Assembly (NCBI GenBank): GCA_951406725.2 | Contig: OX597816.1 | Location: forward strand, 159,092,001 to 159,156,000 | Reading direction: 5' to 3' | Source: Octopus vulgaris | Lineage: Eukaryota | Length of the DNA stretch: 64,000 bases | Part shown: positions 1 through 13,315 of the stretch, piece by piece | How the letters are laid out: each line of letters opens with the position of its first letter | How positions within the stretch are numbered: the stretch's first letter is position 1 | The notes under the pieces: generated by a model | Database searches by the model: none | Seen by the model: only the letters and a program-made list of their open reading frames with translations | Told to the model about the DNA's origin: nothing | Program-made: the position numbers and the translations under genes

Positions 1-107
1 GGGTACTTGGACTAGATTTGACAGTTTGCATAAAAGGAAAAGAAAGCAATGTCTCATACAAAAGTGAAGTGTCTTTTTTAAAAATAACAAGATATCAACT
101 AGATATC

Positions 108-806
108 AACTAGGTTCCCAAACTTTTTCGGGCTGCCGCCCCCTTGACACCCGGGCCTCATCCCTAACACCCCCACCTCACCATCACAAACACATACCTC
201 TTTCTGAAGCAAATTCAAAGCAACTGTATTTCACAAATAAAACTTAATCTAATGAACCCAGTATGTTGTTGTTTTTACATGCATAGCAAGGCGGCGAGCT
301 GGCAGCGACTTTGCCTTTCATCCTTTCGAGGTCGATAAATTAAGTACCAGTTACGCACTGGGGTCGATGTAATCGACTTAATCCTTTTGTCTGTCCTTGT
401 TTGTCCCCACTATGTTTAGCCCTTTGTGGGCAATAAAGAAATAAGAAACGTTAGCACGCCGGCGAAACGCTTAGCGGTATTTCATCCGTCTTTATGTTCT
501 GAGTTCAAATTCTGCTGAGGTCAACTTTGCCTTTCATCCTTTCAGGGTCGATAAATTAAGTACCAGTTGCGTACTGAGGTTGATCTAATCGACTGGCCCC
601 TCCCCAAAAATTTCGAGCCTTGTGTCTAGTTTTTACATGAATCGCTACCCCATTATCGCCCCACTTTTTACATGAATCGCTACCCCAGTACCACCCCACT
701 TTTTACATGAATCGCTACCCTATTATCGCCCCACTTTTCTTCAACGCCCCCTTGGAACATTTCGCCGCCTTCAGAGGGGCAATACCACCCACTTTGGGAA
801 CCACTG
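108..806. mobile_element. hAT (Charlie-like) non-autonomous DNA transposon with nested SINE and a ~37-bp tandem triplication (631-740)
   Basis: Termini ggttcccaaa (113-122) and tttgggaaccactg (793-806) are inverted. The right flank atctagat matches the NTCTAGAN target preference of Charlie elements. Confidence 0.55.
290..630 (+). mobile_element. SINE family A (tRNA-derived, Meta/Sauria-like central domain), older copy interrupted by a younger 5'-truncated copy (306-444)
   Basis: Head ggcggcgagctggcag, B-box gagttcaaatt, core gactttgcctttcatcctttcggggtcgataaattaagtaccag; repeated many times in the window. Confidence 0.85.
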
Positions 807-829
807 ATCTAGATTATGGCAGACAAATA

Positions 830-1563
830 ACAAAGTTTATTCAAAGTATCCACCCTCACTTTCCACCTCAAGGTGGCTCGGGAACTTAGCACATGCATTC
901 CTCACTGTGTCCTTGGGAGGACCCTCCAATACCCTCTTGATCATGGCCACCCGCTCGGCCTTGGTGTTACAGGCAGAGTGGTTGGCATCTTTCTCAACTG
1001 CGCCCCACATATAGTAATCCATGGGATTACATTCGGGGGGATTAGGAAGCCAGAAAATGGGGCTGATAAAAATTCTTCGACAATCACTTCGTACTCTTTC
1101 CAGAGGTACGGCAAGGAATCAAATCCTGCTGTCTCACATATGGCTTTCTAGCAATAACTTTCTCTAACCAAGGTTTGACAACATCTCCAACAGTTACACA
1201 TAGCCATCTGAATTGAGTCAAAGATATGGGTGGCATGACGTCACCCTCACTGGAGGTACACCCAAAGACCAACACATTTAGGGCAACTTGGGTTTCACAA
1301 AACGTAGAACACGTCTTACAAGCTTTTGCAGTGTTTACAGAGCAGCAGTTATGATGTTGGCATACTGACACTCGGCGCGAATTCATGATACAGGTAATTT
1401 GTTTCTAATATTTCGATGGCTTCCTAGTCCTCCAACTAACTTTTTCTCAACACCTTTAATCTTTATGCTCTCCAGCGCCCTTGACTGTTTATCAATTTTA
1501 TCAACACATAAAATTGTTTCTGTAAAAAGAAGACATAAGAAAATCGTCCCAGTTAGCCCGAAC

Positions 1564-1568
<5 letters not shown>
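830..1568 (-). mobile_element. Degenerate Tc1/mariner (maT/DD37D-like) transposase remnant
   Basis: Peptides VLVFGCTSSEGDVMPP, KPWLEKVIARKPYVRQQD and DYYMWGAVE...GGYFE. Terminus AGGGTGTTCGGGCTAA abuts (TA)n. Confidence 0.8.
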
Positions 1569-1626
<58 letters not shown>

Positions 1627-1695
1627 TTTATAATTAAGGGCTAAAGAAGGTTAATTCTAAAGCCAATACACTGATTTATTCATCCTATATTGTTA

Positions 1696-1744
<49 letters not shown>

Positions 1745-1877
1745 GGGCTTCTTTCAGTTTCCGTCAACCGCATCTACTCATAAGTTTTGGCGGCTATAGA
1801 AGAACATGTGGTTGAGAAGCAAGCTTCTTAGCTATACAGCCACATCAGCGCCTGTATATATATATATGAATAGACAA

Positions 1878-1924
<47 letters not shown>

Positions 1925-2064
1925 TGCATACACACGCACAAATGTATATATATATATATGATAACATCCACATGTATGTGTGTGTGTGCGTGTGTTTGTG
2001 TGTGTGCGCGCGTGTGTACACATATGATTTATAAAATACAATATTGTATTCTCAAATCTGCTAA

Positions 2065-2118
2065 TTTACGAATTTGTTTCATACCAAGGGTTGAGAAAAA
2101 CCCCAGCAATCATCAAAA
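2065..2118 (-). ncRNA. Hammerhead-ribozyme-like motif (type I, degenerate)
   Basis: Minus strand: UUGAUGA-U-UGCUGGGGUU(UUUCUC)AACCCUUGGUA-U-GAAAC-AAAUUC-GUA; stem I is weak. Confidence 0.55.
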
Positions 2119-2159
2119 AAGTGTGAAATGAATGGCAAGACCTGATCTCCTTTCACTCT

Positions 2160-2214
2160 TCTCTGATGATTGTCAGGGTTTTTCTCAACTCCTGATGGGA
2201 AACGGATTGCTAAA
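2160..2214 (+). ncRNA. Hammerhead-ribozyme-like motif, inverted partner of 2065-2118
   Basis: CUGAUGA (2163-2169), stem II UGUCAGGGUU/AACUCCUGAUG, GAAAC (2199), decayed stem III, CUA. Confidence 0.55.
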
Positions 2215-2316
2215 CTGGCTGATATGAGAATATATGGTATCGTATTAACAAAATACTCACTCTATTAGCCCAAATATGATTGCCTGTGTTTTTTCCTGAC
2301 GCACAAATTTTTATGC

Positions 2317-2366
<50 letters not shown>

Positions 2367-2423
2367 GTGTATATACGTGTGTGTGTGTGTGTGTGTGTGT
2401 GTTTGTGTGTGTATTTGTGTGTG

Positions 2424-2456
<33 letters not shown>

Positions 2457-2672
2457 AATGCATACAGTATGTGAAAGTGGATATGTAAAAACCCAGATAT
2501 TAACCTCTGTCAGCACTCAAGCAAATCCTGGTTAACAGGATGTAAGGGCGGGAAAACGATTCACTAAATCAAAATTGCCCACAAACTAAAAATCAACCAC
2601 AGAATATTACATAAAATGTATATAAGCGAATGAAGACCTTGGTATTTTTGTAAAATACTCAAACACAAATAT

Positions 2673-2718
<46 letters not shown>

Positions 2719-2867
2719 TCTGTGTCTGTCTGTCTGTATGTATGTATGTATGTATGTATGTATGTATGTATGTATGTATGTATGTACGTATGTATGTATT
2801 AAATAAAATGAAACAACAAAACTAAGGCAGTGTGAACTTTCTAGGACATTTATAAAGAGAGAAGTAG

Positions 2868-2913
2868 TCTTACAGCTGTTTCAGGGTTATAAAGGATATC
2901 ACATCACCAGAGG
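2868..2913 (-). ncRNA. Decayed hammerhead motif, inverted partner of 3117-3162
   Basis: Minus strand: CUGGUGA-U-GUGAUAU(CCUUU)AUAACCC-U-GAAACAGCUGUA-AGA. Confidence 0.6.
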
Positions 2914-3116
2914 CAATATGAGAGAGTTAAATAGAAGGAAATAGTAGAGTTGAATATAAGAAGTTATTTTGGAAAGGGAGATATATAGAAAGTATAAAGG
3001 GAAAACATCCAGCATGTATTTATTTTTATTCTCATATTTCCCTTCATAATTTAAGGCGTTGTGTCAACGTTGTGTCACCCTATCCAAAATAACTTCTATT
3101 TAACTTCTTCATATCA

Positions 3117-3162
3117 TCTCTGATGATGGGATATCCTTCATATCCCTGAAACAGCTGTAAGA
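3117..3162 (+). ncRNA. Minimal type I hammerhead ribozyme (PLE-type)
   Basis: Stem I UCU/AGA; core CUGAUGA; stem II GGGAUAU(CCUUC)AUAUCCC; GAAA; palindromic stem III ACAGCUGU; GUA cleavage triplet. Confidence 0.8.
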
Positions 3163-3660
3163 CTAGCTCTCTTTTAATAAATGTCGTAGAAATTTCACAT
3201 ATACACGCTCACACACAACCCACGTTAAACTCCTCACTCATACTATTATCGAACCGGAAGTCTAAAAGCGGTCCTTCCGTAGCACTTACATAGACTTGCA
3301 TGCATTTTGGTTATTTTTCTGATACCAAAACCTCTCATATTAAATATATATGATAAATATATATTAGATATATATGATAGCTTAACTTCATTTTTTAACG
3401 TCCATGGAAAGCTACTACACTGAATTAAGTGTTTTCTGATAAGTGAAACCCAAAATGTTCTGATAAGTGAAACCCAAAATGTTATGATCAATGGAATTCA
3501 CTGAAGTTCACAAGGGGCTGTTTTTGGGTCCCCTTTTCTTCATAGTTTAATCTAAATGGCACCACAAAAGTCATCAAATAGCAAAATATAACTATTCGCA
3601 GATAACCCAAAGTTTCAGAAAGTTGCCAACGGAAAAGTACACCGAAAACTGTAGTCTGAT

Positions 3661-3798
3661 CGGTGCTACTTTACAGTGCGGTCTACCACAGTTTCTATAG
3701 CCTGCATTGTATAATGATCTGATAAGGGGTTAGTATTAGGGGTAGATTGCACACTAAAGTGTAAATGGCCATGTGGGCCACACACTGAAGTGGCATTG
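3661..3798. mobile_element. Small MITE with a CGG-type end, 6-bp TSD (tctgat/tctaat) and internal ggggttag..ttaggg
   Basis: Imperfect inverted ends cggtgctacttt / aagtggcattg. Confidence 0.45.
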
Positions 3799-4130
3799 TC
3801 TAATCTATATATGTTGTAGACCAACTGGCAGGGGAAAATACATGTTGCTAAACGAAAGGATATTTAATCTTTGGAAAAGAATATAAAGTTAAACCGTCAT
3901 AATCGATTCTCGTGAGATGATTGTTCATCATAGCTAACCGCATCAGAAATCTAGGAGTAATTGTGGCCAAAACAAACATAAACTTTAGCGTCCACTTCAA
4001 CAATAAAGTTGATATGGCTCACAGGATGAGCTCCTGAATGGATCCTCAGGACTTTTCTGTCCAAAAAGCCTGGTGCCATCAAGCTTCTTATCTCCATTTT
4101 TAGTCAAACGTAGAATATTGTTGATTCCTG

Positions 4131-4510
4131 TGGAGACGCAATGGCCCAGTGGTTAGGGCAGCGGACTCGCGGTCATAGGATCGCGGTTTCGATTCCCAGA
4201 CCGGGCGTTGTGAGTGTTTATTGAGCGAAAACACCTAAGCTCCACGAGGCTCCGGCAGGGGATGGTGGTGATCCCTGCTGTACTCTTTCACCACAACTTT
4301 CTCTCACTCTTACTTCCTGTTTCTGTTGTACCTGTATTTCAAAGGGCCGGCCTTGTCACTCTCTGTGTCACGCTGAATATCCCCGAGAACTACGTTAAGG
4401 GTACACGTGTCTGTGGAGTGCTCAGCCATTTACACGTTAATTTCACGAGCAGGCTGTTCCGTTGATTCGGATCAACCGGAACCCTCGTCGTCGTAACCGA
4501 CGGAGTGCTT
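4131..4510 (+). mobile_element. SINE family C (tRNA-Arg-like head; resembles octopus OR-type SINEs)
   Basis: Head ggagacgcaatggcccagtggttagggcagcggactcgcgg..gtttcgattccc; TSD-like attgttgatt on both sides. Other copies at 12158-12460(-), 15666-15976(+), 26068-26200(+), 35984-36342(-), 36560-36741(-), 52101-52481(+), 56457-56752(+). Confidence 0.85.
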
Positions 4511-4847
4511 CCCATTGTTGATTACTTGTGGCCTCTCTATATCAAACAAAACATTATGGAAATAATTGTGACTATACTGAAAGCAAATACAAAAATAAGT
4601 AAATAAATAGGCATAGGCGTGACTGTGGTAAGAAGTATGCTTCCCAACCACATGGATCTGGGCTCAGTCCCATAGCGTGGCATCTTGGGCTAGAGTCTTC
4701 CGCTTATAGTTTCGGGCCGACCAAAGCCTTGTGAGTAAATGCAAGTGTATGTGGTTATGCATGTGAGTTTAACACCAAAAGACTCAGAAACGGTGCATCC
4801 TCGAGAAAAACGAATTTGATTTCCGAAATCTGCGTCCTGAAGAAAGA

Positions 4848-4909
<62 letters not shown>

Positions 4910-4987
4910 CATAATTATCTACGAGAAATAACTTATCTTTAAAGATCGACAACTCTCCCACTCTCTATCCTTCATCACCAATGTATT

Positions 4988-5053
<66 letters not shown>

Positions 5054-5610
5054 ATATAAATTGGACATGGGCGATCATTGTATCATTTCTTGTCTTGAGA
5101 TTCATAGCCTTAACAGCTAGGTGGATTCGTGTGTAAAATGGCACACGTGTGAAGACGAGTGCATAGATTGGAACGCGGTTTGTATTTTTTCCTAGCCCCC
5201 ATAGTTACCGAGAAAATCAATTAAAACTTTTCTAATGGAGTTCTCCTGTTTGTTCCACCATTAAAACAACCAGTTGCTCACATAGCCGGCATATATAATT
5301 TCGCTAGCAACAAGAGGAATACAGGATGACAGTGAGCCAAAACTTTCGCTATGCTGTCTCTCTTTTTTCACCTCTCTGTGAGGTTAATAATCTAAATTTT
5401 TAGTTACAGTTTCTCATTAAAACTACATAATAGGGACAGTTGTCGGATTAAGACAGTGGAAAGATGTGGCTGCTATTTCTACGAGGTCTAGCTACCATAT
5501 AGAGGTCTGAACTTAATTTTCATTCACATATTTGCATTTCAAAAATTTAACATAATCTTTTCCATAAATCGACTATCGTAAAAGTTTTATACGATGAGCA
5601 CGAACGCACG

Positions 5611-5685
<75 letters not shown>

Positions 5686-6032
5686 TCAATTTCTGCTCTC
5701 TGCAAATAATTTTTTTACGGATACAACAGCTTACAAAAATAGGGATTAATTTATAATTTCTTTCTATGTTCATAATTAATTCAATGTTTTAATGATTAGA
5801 CAGAGGTCCAACACAATAGCTCTGAGAAACAGACTACGTACAAATTCGTTCTTCACAACTCCTGAAGTTGTTTTCTGACAAGGGGTGGGCGCGGGAAATT
5901 TTCATACAGCTGGAGTCTCCAATCGAAACAGGGGACCCGAAATAATAAGGTTGAGAAACGCTGTTATAGATTATGCCTAACCGAAAACGATCACACCCAC
6001 ATCATCCAAACAGACTGGGTGAAACCGCGCTT

Positions 6033-6092
<60 letters not shown>

Positions 6093-6127
6093 ATTTATCT
6101 CTATATTTCTCTCTCTCTCTCTATCTA

Positions 6128-6182
<55 letters not shown>

Positions 6183-6435
6183 CTGTCTATCTATATATCT
6201 ATCTATCTATAGAACTCTGTATTGGATATTCTAATTGCAATTGGATGCTTAACCACAACGGATCATCTCTCTCTCACTCTCTCTCTCACTCCCTCCCTCC
6301 CCCCTCTCTCTCTCTCTCTCTCACACACACACATACACACACACTATATCTTCTTCTTTAAGCGGCCGCAACCGAGATGCGTTTCACTACGACAGAAATC
6401 TCTGTCTGTCATTATCTTTAATAGGTCCTGTACAC

Positions 6436-6825
6436 CAGCGCTGGATTAACTATTAAGCAAAATGAGCACGTGCTTAAGGCATCAAGGGAAGCGGTAGAAA
6501 CTACAGAAATGGTAAGTGGTTTACGGCACAAAAGAAATTACTTTAAACTTGCTAAGCTAATATTTGAAGTGGTTTATATGGTCGGAAATGTAATTTCGAA
6601 ATGTTTATGGTATACATTGACATTGCAATTAAAAGAAGTAGGAGAAAACATTTTCAATATAAATAAAGTGGAAGTATACGAAAATAAACATTTTCCATCT
6701 CACGGTTAGTTTTGTTTCATCTTGAAAACAAATTATGTCATTGTTTGTACTTTGAATTACATATATATGGAGGCACCAAAATCTTTTAAGTGCTTAAGGC
6801 CTCTATGAGTCTTTATCCGGCCCTG
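6436..6825. mobile_element. hAT (Tip100-like) MITE
   Basis: Inverted termini cagcgctggatta / ttatccggccctg; 8-bp TSD ctgtacac / ctcaacac (6 of 8 match). Confidence 0.65.
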
Positions 6826-6999
6826 CTCAACACGATGCTGTATGTCTCTACAAATAACATATTTGTAGTTGAGTGATTTTCGCCATTTATTAAGGAGCAG
6901 AAATGTTTGAAATATAGCACGGGCTGTTGTTCAACAAGATAACAGTAGCTATCAAAACCTAACCCTAAGTTGTGCACCAATAGTAATGATGAGCTGATT

Positions 7000-7330
7000 G
7001 TGTTCACAAAACTCCCCTTTGGTCTTGTGCTCACCCTGAGATATTTGAACCTTCATGAGAAACATGGTGTACGAACCATCATGACGATCTTGATTCTCCT
7101 TCGTAGACTATGTTTAGGACTCATGGAGTTGAATGCTTTGTACACATGCTTTGAAGAGCGCCAGCATTATTCTTTTTGTAATACTTGACTGCTAGATGTC
7201 TTAATGACTGTAATAGGTACTCCGAGCCAACTCCTTGTACATCAGAATGCTCTTCTTATTGTCATCTACATAAACCTAAGGTACTTCAAGTCACTGACCG
7301 CATTGAGCTGTGTACCATTCTAAAAAAGAG
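7000..7330 (-). mobile_element. Degenerate RTE-type LINE C-terminal fragment
   Basis: Minus-strand peptides AVSDLKYL and LALFKACVQSI; homologous to 30200-30960. Confidence 0.55.
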
Positions 7331-8987
7331 CATAGAGTTGTAGATTTTTGAAGCTAGGTGGGATGGGAGAGCATAATTCCTCTGTAATTCTATGGAAGTA
7401 GAATAATTAAATACTTTAGGGAGACAGTTGGTTTGTTCCCTTTACAGATTTCGTTACATAAGTACTACTACATATATTTCTGATGACGGCTTCGACATTT
7501 GACTTGCTACCTGGTTTCTTAATCCTTTCAGGCATTTTTAAACCTTTTCCACGGTAAATGGACCAGTCACAATCGGCTACCTGCTAGTTTGTGGTTGAAA
7601 GGTCGTTGTCAAGTTTAGCGTTGCGAAACCAGACATCTAGACGCTAGTCCATTGTTTCCTTACTGTATGGATCACTGGGAAAACTCTCTCAGAGATTTCC
7701 CCAAGTGACAGAAGACCTGTTTTCATTGTGGTGGTTGTTGAGTTTTTCAGTTTTGGAACTGATGCGTGTTTCCGGTGTTTCACTGTCATCTGGTTTGTAT
7801 GAAAGTCATTTTTTCAATTTCAGATCTTTGATCTTGTGTGTAGTATACTTCAGTGGTAATGTAAGAACTGATGTTTCTTCTGCATCCAGTTGTGTCGTAC
7901 CGTATGAGTTAATTCCTGAGTGTCTGTTTGTTGTATATTGACAGTGATAATAATTCCATCAATGCTGTCAGGACATCTCCTTTTCTCTCTGGTTGATTGC
8001 TATTGTAATTGTTGTTGCTGTTCTCGTTGTTAATGTTGCTACTGCTGCTGCAGTTAGTGTTGTTGTTGTTGTTGTTGGAGTGCCATCTCTTTAGTTTGTT
8101 GCAGAAACCCCCGCTACAGCTATTGTTTATTCATCGGTGTTTATATTGATGTCCCATTTAGTATTCCTAGCAGACCTAGACAGATATTTCTGCGGAGCTA
8201 TCTTCAGAACCTCTCTGATCTTTGTTACCTTCTTATTTGAACTAAAGATTAGTGTCTGCTTTCGCTTGTTTGGAAGCAATTCCAGTGCTATATCTCTATT
8301 GGCAATGGTTAGAGTGTCCTATACAATACTGAGGTTCTTGTCCTCACACTCATCACAAAGAGTGATTTACCTGCTGTATATTGCAGTTGGAAACTCCTTT
8401 ATAGGATCACATCACCTGCTACCTTTTGCCAATCAATTTGTTTCAGAGGATCTCTCGTTGGAACTTCGTTCTTGCGGTAACTCAACTGGCATTTACCTGA
8501 AACATTATCCAAAACCTAAGAAGTAAACTTATCCAAAACCTAAGAGGTCACGACCAAATAAGAAGTGGGATGCATGTTGATGATCGCGTAAAAACCACAC
8601 GAAAGGGGCATATATTCCAATTTAATAATAAACTCTATACTTGGGAAAAGAATGCAGTTATCGAGAGCTAACATACCTGGAGACGTAGTCAACGTCTTCA
8701 TAGTATGGTGATATAAGCAACTGAAGCTTACCTAATAGAGATCCATACCCATTGTAATGTATCTCAATTCAATGTGATTAAGACAACGCCACAAGGTGAT
8801 ACCAAGGAAATAGATATATTATGGAAAACATCCGATGCATAGAATACTCCATCAACCAAAGCATCAAGGTGATCCATCGTTTACCCATCCAAACCACCGA
8901 AACGAAAGACTATGAACTTATAGTATAAGCTTATAATAGAAACTTAGAAATTACAAGTGTGTGTGTGTGAACGCGCATGTGTGTTTG

Positions 8988-9023
<36 letters not shown>

Positions 9024-10102
9024 TGAAATTTATACGTATATAAAAGTTAGATTTAGAATTCAAAAATTAAGGTTTAGTAAAGAGGCGTTAAGTGGAGTAT
9101 CCGAGTATCAAGCCTTCCTCACTTAACCAAATATGTCTGAACTGCTAGAATCGCACCATCAGCATATAACCTGGAGTGAAAATGAAATGTAAATATGGTA
9201 ATATTTGAAGCAAGTTACGTAAACTGGGTGAGGCTCTTTTCCACTGTGCGTTGCATCTGATGTTATTACATCGTCTCACACTCACTAGGGAGCAGTACAG
9301 AATGAAGCCGAAACGGTTGTTGTGCTAATAAAGCTTCTAGTTACACTCCGTTTTCCGTATTAATCATTTAAAAACTGTATGTATGTTTGCGTGTGTGTGT
9401 GTGTGTGTAGTTTTTCAATAGTTAAGTCTGGAGTAAGGGGCAGTGTCTATGGCCATCGCAAGCCCTTCTGGTGTATATAGACCATTTCAATACCAGTTGT
9501 CCTAGACACTGTGCTATTATAAAAGTAAAAAGCGCGCGCGCACGAAGGCACAAATACACTCACACATATATAAAGAACGAGAGAGAGAGAGAGATGGGGT
9601 AGGGTAAGAAGGGCAAGAGGTAAGAGAATACTAAAATCAAATATACACATCACATGCATTCCGTCAGAACTGTAAGATTCACTTCAACATGTTTATCGCA
9701 ATACATCTGGAAATTCAAAAATAGAAGACCTAACAAAACTTCAATGAAATCTAATCATGTCATTGTAAATGAGACACATTGCTACATAAGATGTGGCACT
9801 TAGGGAAAGGTACCACATCTTAATAACAACAGATATATTTCTCTATAGAGAAGAAATAAGGCATAAGACGCATAACCTCTCCCTCTGAAAAGAAAGAAAG
9901 AAAGAAAGAAAGAAAGAACGAAAGAACGAAAGAAAAAAAAAAGATTTCCCTACTGAAAATTTGAAATCTAAACAGAGTAAAATAGCCTATCAAAATCAAC
10001 TTTTTCTATCTGGAGTTATCTTTCCTTGGTTCCAAACTTGCCTTGTACAAATAATGTAGACTAGTTCTTCTTTGCGAGGAAAAGACACACGCATAGACAC
10101 AC

Positions 10103-10104
<2 letters not shown>

Positions 10105-10141
<37 letters not shown>

Positions 10142-10165
10142 ACACACACATACATACATGCATAC

Positions 10166-10196
<31 letters not shown>

Positions 10197-10274
10197 CATA
10201 CATACATACATACATACATACATACATGCATGCATACATACATACATACATACATACATACATACATACATACT

Positions 10275-10310
<36 letters not shown>

Positions 10311-10347
10311 TACATACATACATACATACATACATACATACATACAT

Positions 10348-10386
<39 letters not shown>

Positions 10387-10486
10387 TACATACATACATA
10401 CATACATACATACATACATACATGCATGCATGCATGCATGCATGCATACATACATACATACATACATATATACATACATACAGACA

Positions 10487-10518
<32 letters not shown>

Positions 10519-10690
10519 GACATACATACATACATATATACATACATACATACATACATACATACATACATACATACATGCATACTTACATACATACATA
10601 CATGCATACTTACATACATACATACATGCATACATACATACATGCATATATACATACATACATACATACATACATACATACATACACGCA
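10105..10690. repeat. Compound (CA)n/(TACA)n/(GACA)n/(TGCA)n microsatellite
   Basis: Direct reading of the sequence. Confidence 0.95.
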
Positions 10691-11065
10691 CGACGAACTT
10701 CATTCAGTTTCCGCTTACTAAATCCACTCACGTGACTTTGGTTGGCCTGTGGCTATAACAGAAGACAACTGTTCAAGGTGACACGCAACAGGATTGAACA
10801 CGGAACCAAGTGGTTGGGAGGCAAAAATCTTACCAAACAGCCACATTTTCACCTTCGGTCATGCAGCTGCGATCATGTTGCACCACCACCGTGGATTTGT
10901 ACCCTTTCCACAGCCATCTTCCTATGTACGTGCACACGCGCGCGTGTGTGTGTATGTGTGTGATGTTTATGTTCGTATATACACACACACACACACAAAT
11001 AAATGTGTGACTATATTAAAATATAAAAGGTAGACGGAAACTGAAAGAAGCCCGTCGTATATATG

Positions 11066-11101
<36 letters not shown>

Positions 11102-11350
11102 CGTGTATGTTTGTGTATCTGTGTTTGTCCCCCAAGCATTTGCTTGACAACTGATGCTGGTGTGTTTATGTCCCCGTCACTTAGCGGTTCGGCAAAAGAG
11201 ACCGATAGAATAAGTACTGGGCTTACAAAGAATAAGTCCTGGGGTCGAGTTGCTCGACTAAAGGTGGTGCTCCAGCATGGCCGCAGTCAACTGACTGAAA
11301 CAAGTAAAAGAGTAAAGAGTATACGTAATATTTATATACAATACACGCAC

Positions 11351-11381
<31 letters not shown>

Positions 11382-11397
11382 TGTATGTATGTATGCA

Positions 11398-11433
<36 letters not shown>

Positions 11434-13001
11434 AGTACACACGCATACACCACAATGTGTATGTATGTAATGACTCCGTAAGCAGCTGTACTCCGCTTTA
11501 CGAAGTCATCACACTCTAGTAGTTTAATGATCAGTGTCTATGGGGAGTGTAATACCTATTGTGAGTAAGCAGTCAGAAACGTGGTGAGCGTTAGACATAT
11601 GACTGATCGTCGACAAACCTCATTACAGCGAAGATGTAGCCGTAATACGCGAGGAGTGTTAAACTCAATAAGTTAATGACGAAATAAGTACCTTGATAGT
11701 TCATCAACTTTGATACACGACTCGTATTTCCAAAACGATGTGATTTGCAGCTGGCCTGATATGATGTCAGCTAACCTTAACCCTAACCGAAGTGGGTAGA
11801 TGAGTTGTTTGTCCTGGCCGAGACATTTGACTTTACGGTGTCTCTTTTCGCTCTTGACTACCGAGCTGTGAATTAGTATTGCGTAGATGGACAATTTTAT
11901 TTTGTAAGTAGCGGGTGTGTTGCGCAGTTTAACGAGCGTTTCATGTTTATATTATGCTGAGCTCAAACTGCTGCTTCCGGTTAATTGTATATAACAATGT
12001 GACCATCGGTGTGCAGATGTTGAGTTCAATGGGTATCGAGTAATCAGCAGTTCGAAACTTGGCACTGTCACATAGTGGTGTACATATGTTTCCCAGACGA
12101 TTTTTCTCAACGGTTGAGTTCACCTACCTTTAAGTTATTGTTGTTTAACGATAAACGGCGCCCTTTTCAAGCTTAGCCAGGCTCATGAGCCCGGTTTCCC
12201 GGTTTCTGTGGCGTATGTGTTCCCCCCAGCTGGACGGGGCGCCAGTCCATCGCAGCGTTACTCAATAAACAGGAAGAGAGAGTGAGAGAAAATTGTGGCG
12301 AAAGAGTACAACAGGGGTCGCCATCAACCCCTGCCAGAGCCACGTGGAGCTTTTAGGTGTTTTCGCTCAATAAACACACAAAACGCCCAGTCTGGGAATC
12401 GAAACCGCGATCCTCCGACCGCGAGTCCGCTGCCCTAACCACTGGGTCATTGCACCTCCACTATTGTTGTTTAGCCTCAGGTTAATCTCGATTCAGCAGA
12501 CCTTTTATCAAATGCGTTTCAGCTATGATCATCATTTCATTAGACATTGTTAATCCAACGTGTCCTTCATATTTATGATGTGATTTGCAGTAGGTTTTAC
12601 TGCTAGTTCTAGCAGACCGTAAGACTGCATTCTGTAAAGGTGAAAAACCTCTTCTTAGTACCAAGGGTGACCTGCAGATTCCTAAAAGCATGTGGACGGT
12701 GCCTCTGACCTGAGAAAAATAATGAATCGTTAATTTAAAAAAAGATTCACCGATCGGTGATTCCTCTTGATCCTTTCGTCTTTTACTTGTTTCAGTCATT
12801 AGAGTGCGGCCATGCTGGGGCATCGTCTTCAAGGATTTAGAGGAATAGATCGAACACACTACTTAGTTTTTAAACCTAGAATTTATTCTCTCAGTCTATT
12901 CAGACGAACTGCTAAGTTACGGGGACGTAAACAAACCAGCACAGTTGTCGAGTGATGGTGGGAGACAGACACACTCACATAAATATATACATATATGTAT
13001 G

Positions 13002-13044
<43 letters not shown>

Positions 13045-13045
<1 letters not shown>

Positions 13046-13256
13046 AAGTTTAATCCAAACAAGAAAACACAAAAAAACACAACAACGCGAGGACGTGGAA
13101 CAAATATAGTATTATTGGACGCTCAGGAAAGAAGGGAAGAAGGAGGGTTTAACGTTTCGAGCGGAGCTCTTCGTCGGAAACACAGGAGAAGGGAAGATCC
13201 CGAGAAGGGAAGACAGAGGAAAAAAAATCGCCAACGGTACACACGAGGTCACATTT

Positions 13257-13258
<2 letters not shown>
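13045..13258 (-). mobile_element. Solo Penelope-like pseudo-LTR fragment flanked by (TA)n
   Basis: Shares the HHR module and the tttcctgagcg..aata motif with the Neptune 3' end at 50690-50903. A partial relative lies at 33741-33830. Confidence 0.7.
13147..13181 (-). ncRNA. Minimal type I hammerhead ribozyme variant
   Basis: Minus strand: stem I GUUU/AAAC; core CCGACGA plus an extra A; stem II GAGC(UCC)GCUC; GAAA; palindromic stem III ACGU; GUU triplet. Confidence 0.75.

Positions 13259-13315
<57 letters not shown>

Larger units (their letters stand above)
3490..4590 (+). mobile_element. Highly degenerate CR1-group LINE RT fragment, interrupted by a MITE and a SINE
   Basis: Decayed GVPQGSVLGPLLF-like (3505-3545), LFAD.. 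(3592-3610) and RNLGVIV (3946-3966) motifs. Confidence 0.55.

Noticed and set aside
631-740. Three ~37-bp direct repeats, superficially CRISPR-like
   Set aside because: No unique spacers, eukaryotic context and no cas genes; an internal minisatellite of a MITE.
7480-7510. Isolated CTGATGA (also at 24792, 56877, 57643, 60224)
   Set aside because: No stem II plus GAAA..UH arrangement follows; expected by chance.
9276-9325. ..ctaggga gc...gccgaaacggttgttgtg HHR-like string
   Set aside because: The core is too degenerate and stem II is not convincing.
9996-10758. Long YVCM/HTYI ORFs (and many similar ones across the window)
   Set aside because: Translations of (TACA)n, (CA)n and (TA)n microsatellites.
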